Below, piece after piece: positions 60,342-64,000 of a stretch of 64,000 nt of DNA. The DNA is from Chlorokybus atmophyticus. Its lineage: Eukaryota > Plantae > Mesostigma and Chlorokybus algae. Every line of letters begins with the position of its first letter. Positions within the stretch are counted from its first letter, which is position 1. The stretch spans positions 772,011 to 836,010 of the forward strand of contig RHPI01001715.1 of assembly GCA_009103225.1 (NCBI GenBank), read 5' to 3'. The position numbers were made by a program, and so were the translations under genes. The notes beneath the pieces were generated by a model. It was not told the origin of the DNA. It was given only the letters and a program-made list of their open reading frames with translations, and did no database searches.

Positions 60342-62700
60342 TAGGCTTTATCAACTTCTTCTCAAGTAGCATTGACATTGCTTCTCCACACGCGTACGCA
60401 ACCGGGCTTGGCCTATACCAAGGCCTTAATGGAGGCTTTGTTCTCATCTTTGAGGGGTATTGTATGCCAAATGTCACGCTCCGGTGGGAGCGAAGGTAGT
60501 TTGTCCATGTATACGTCCATGTTGTTGACAACAACAGGGTGGAGCTCTTTAAGTTGCTTCTCATGTGTAGAAGCATTCCCCGCATGTTGTGCACTACAAG
60601 CTTCACAAATGAGGCCTTCTTCCCCGTCAGGGTGGTAGCTCACCAAAGCAACCAAGCGCTTGTGCGCACCCTCCTTGGATGGGATCTTTCGTTGGGACAC
60701 CAATATCTTATACTTGTGGTCTCCCCTAAACACGGTGCACACTTTCTTGCTCGCGTCTAGTATTGCGCACGTGAGCGCAATTGCCGATTTTAGCCTAGGA
60801 TCACTTGAATGCCTTGCATTCTCATGTCCACAACTCGAAGCAACACCTTTACTAGAGTAGTTGCCTATGTTGACTTCAAGCTCAGCTTGGCCGAGCACCG
60901 ATATACGCGCACCATCAATGGTAGCAAACTTGTCATGACAAGCTCTCAAGCGTACCATTGCACGATTCGACAACCTTATGTCTATAAAGTTGCACACCGT
61001 GCCGGTGTCTACTAGCACACGCACATTCCTATCAAGCATGTTGCCATTAAATACCCATTGTAGAGACTCTTCTTCATGCTCTTTTTGAGCACGGTGACTA
61101 TAGTCATCATGCCATATGATTAATGGTTTGCCTATGCCCTTTTATTCCTTCGACATGACTTTGTATCTTACAAAGGTCTTTAGCATTGCCGACCAAGTGC
61201 CCTCGTATATCGGCATGAAAACAATTGCTCTTGTACTGGGGTTATCACGCTTGTGGTTCAAGTAAGTACTTTTGTATGGCCGGTTTCAACTTGAAAGAAG
61301 GAACATACACGAGCACATTCGCATGCGTTTTCTTCAACTCACCGCATGCAATCCCATGCAAACGAAGTCCAAAGCTATAGCACAAGCAAATTGAAACTTA
61401 TCCATCAAGCCAACACATGGTGTCTTTATAGTTACTGCTATAACCTAGCCACCCTGACTTCCTATCTGCTAGTGCTAGGCTTGTCGGGGCACTCCGCAAG
61501 ACGGTGACCGGGCTTCTTACAAGGAGACACTTGCCCTCCTTAAAGAGCTTTGCCTTCTCGTCCATAGAGGGGTTGAGGGGGATGTAGTTCTCCTTCTTCT
61601 TAGCCGGCTCCTTGCCCTTTGACTTGGAGTGGCCGTTGGGCTTGAAGGGCTCCTTACCCTTGCCTTTGCCCTTGACGAACTTGACTTTCTTCGAGCCATC
61701 ACCACGAGGAGTTGAGTCTCTCTCTCCCTCCTCTCTCCCTCTGTTGTTGACGGTGTTGAGTGCTTGCGCCGCTTTTAAAGTGGCCGCGAATAGGCGATTA
61801 AACTTCTCCCCTTCCCACCGCTTGCCGGTCTTGAACTTTTAATACACCGTTTCGCATGCCTTGTAGCTTGGAGTTGAGCCCACGCTAAAACTTGTGAACC
61901 ATCTCATCGCTACTCATTTGGCCTCCTCCCGCACAGATCTTGGCCACAAGGAGTTTAAAGCGGCGTGCATACTCCTTCGCCGACCTTGACATCTTGTATT
62001 CATCAAGCCAATCGCGTGCATCTTGCACGAGGTCGATGGGAAGGTATTGGTCTCGCAACGCCTATTTGAAGTGCATACAACTATATGTGAGCTCTTCGGT
62101 TGGTGGTCCTTGAGCATGGTACCAAATGGTGAGCGAGTCGGCCTCTAGGAATGCCATCCCCACCTTGACCCACTCCGAGGTCGGCGTGCTTGACAAGTAC
62201 GCCTCTATTTGTTGCAACCATGCGTCGATGCTTTGCCCCTTCTTGCCGGAGAAGTTCTTAGGCTTGTTCACCAACCGGCTCGTGTTGTTGAGATGCTTGA
62301 GAGCCTCCTCTTGCACCCCAACTTTAGCGCGCCATGTGGAGAGGTCTCCTTCAAGCTTACTATCTTGTCCTCGAGCCTACCTACACGCACAAGGAGTGAG
62401 TCGTGCGGTGCCATATGTCTCATGGCCCCCACCCATAGCTGCACGCAATGCATGCATGCTTGCTCCCTCGCATGTGAGCACACGAGTGTCTTGAACCCCT
62501 CCGCTGTTTGCGCCGCCGAGCCTATAGCGATGTTGTTAAACGTAGCCTTCCATGCGGTGTTCAACTCATCTAATGATGGCTTGGTCAATGGTGCCGCCTT
62601 TATGGGGTCATGTGCCGCTCCCTCCGGCGTCCCTTCACTCAAGTTCATGCTCATGAATTGAGTGGCGAGGATGCCTTGAGCCACGTTGCCCGAGTTGGAG
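60342..62700 (-). pseudogene. Outer element gag, protease and RT N-terminus
   Basis: KPKNFSGKKGQSIDAWLQQIE, VLVDTGTVCNFI, LPSLPPER.I.HTIPL and LLEKKLIKPS. Confidence 0.9.
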
Positions 62701-62802
62701 CTAGCTTCCGCTATAGTGCCCTAGCACACACAAACTTGCATGAGTGCCCTCTAAGCAACTCTAGATAGGCCCACAAAACCCAAAGGTTCCCCACAATCTT
62801 AA

Positions 62803-62820
62803 CCTTAGCTCCGGCTACCA
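62803..62820 (-). other. Primer-binding site TGGTAGCCGGAGCTAAGG one nt after the 5' LTR end
   Basis: Position and TGG start are typical of a PBS. It resembles initiator-Met PBS (TGGTA[T/G]CAGAGC), but the cognate tRNA is not established. Confidence 0.7.
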
Positions 62821-62821
62821 A

Positions 62822-63894
62822 TGTGACGCCACCCTAGGCTCGAGCACTTAGCTCTCACCTAAGCGCGTCATGCACTCTTCTTAGTGCACGCACTCACACA
62901 CAAGTGCAAGCACTCTCACACCGTGCACACACTCACACACAATTGTTAGCACCGTGCATACACTCACACATGCAAGTGTAAGCACGTCCTTCAAGTGTAC
63001 ACACTAAACACAAGTGCTACATAAGGACAAGCGTCCACACGTTAAGGTTAAAAAGTTTTGTCACGCCCTTGAACGGCCTCTATCCCGAACACCCCACGTG
63101 AAGTCCCACACAAGCGAGCACGCCAAGGCAAGGTAGACTCAAGTCTCCAATGTCTTGCCTACTGAGCATGCTCACTTATATACCCTTAGTGCCTTATCAA
63201 GTCACTCAAGGGTAGTGGGTGTCTTCACCAATGGTGCCTCGTTCGGACCCAAGTGTCTAAGGCGGCCAACCATCTTGCGACAAGCACTCTTGCACGTGTC
63301 TTTACTAGGCTTAAACCAATTATCTTGAAAAGTATCTTACCCATGGGTATGAGCAACCAATGAGGTCGCACCGGATCCCCATGGCTTTGCCTCCATTGGC
63401 CACACATTCACTTGGCCACATGTTGTTGAATCTAGTATCCTCTAAATTAATATGGTAGTCTACAATATCAACATATACATCACCTGGTACTTTCGAGACA
63501 AATACATGTGGTTTATCCACATTGTCCTTTACAATGTAGAGACATCTACTGCTAAAATATCCGCATTTTTGTATGCGATATCAATGAATCTTCATAATAT
63601 CGACATCAAAGCTGCGATATCAACAATCGCATAGAAGGTATCCACATTTATGTCCAAGATATTAACATACGTACCTTTGTAGATGTAATTGTCTACCTAG
63701 TAGACATATACATGTAGACATTAGTGGCTAACTAGTTCACACCAATGTTTGTCTCATATACATGTACATATTGGATGTCAGTATCTATAGTTTAAACATT
63801 TGTGGCTAACTTGTCCACATCAATGTCTACCTTGTAGCAGCAAACACACATGTTTATTGCTTATGTATCTCATGCATGTTTAAGCACTTAGAGC
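62822..63894 (-). repeat. 5' LTR of the outer element
   Basis: Ends ...GGGTGGCGTCACA on minus directly before the PBS; homologous to 59230-60268. Confidence 0.9.
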
Positions 63895-64000
63895 TTTACT
63901 ATCATACAGCACGACATAATGGAGATTATGCTTGATGATATAAATTTCGAAACAACTAGCTTTGATGCTATTTTGTTAATCTTTAGGCAATGCGTCTATA

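Larger units (their letters stand above)
45728..63894. mobile_element. Rearranged chromovirus-type Ty3/Gypsy LTR retrotransposon (outer element), degenerate
   Basis: Minus strand: 5'LTR 63894-62822, PBS, gag (KPKNFSGKKGQSIDAWL), protease (VLVDTG) and RT start down to about 60342. Plus strand: RT 45942-46695 (YVDD), RNase H/integrase/chromodomain 57207-59025, PPT and 3'LTR 59208-60268. An LTR end fragment lies at 45728-45941. Confidence 0.9.

Noticed and set aside
63894-63925. TSD for the outer chromovirus
   Set aside because: The 5' LTR outer end is degraded, and the flank does not repeat CTACA found before 45728.

Overview
Eukaryotic, intron-rich genomic DNA with four N-gaps. It probably comes from a flagellate green alga, possibly an early-diverging streptophyte; this is inferred from the ciliary genes, plant-type telo-boxes, an AT1G77800-like PHD protein and a DNMT-bearing Gypsy element. 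Positions 1-37.2 kb are gene-rich: outer-arm dynein intermediate chain IC78/DNAI1 (+), a sulfotransferase (+), TTC12 (-), an Ada3-like double PHD/ePHD chromatin protein (-), an unknown protein (+), tRNA adenosine deaminase ADAT1/TAD1 (-) and SEC20 (+). Positions 39-64 kb are a degenerate transposon nest. It holds a PAT/kangaroo-type tyrosine-recombinase retrotransposon with split direct repeats and an N6-adenine MTase-like domain, and an intron-retaining SEC20 pseudogene with a 145-bp inverted duplication. It also holds a chromodomain Ty3/Gypsy element broken by two adjacent inversions. Nested in that element's RNase H, with a target-site duplication, is a 10.5-kb Ty3/Gypsy element whose pol carries a DNMT3-like C5 cytosine methyltransferase between protease and RT and a PHD finger after the integrase; this is the standout feature. 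No rRNA, tRNA or CRISPR array was recognised. All assignments come from manual translation and remembered family motifs; no database search was run.
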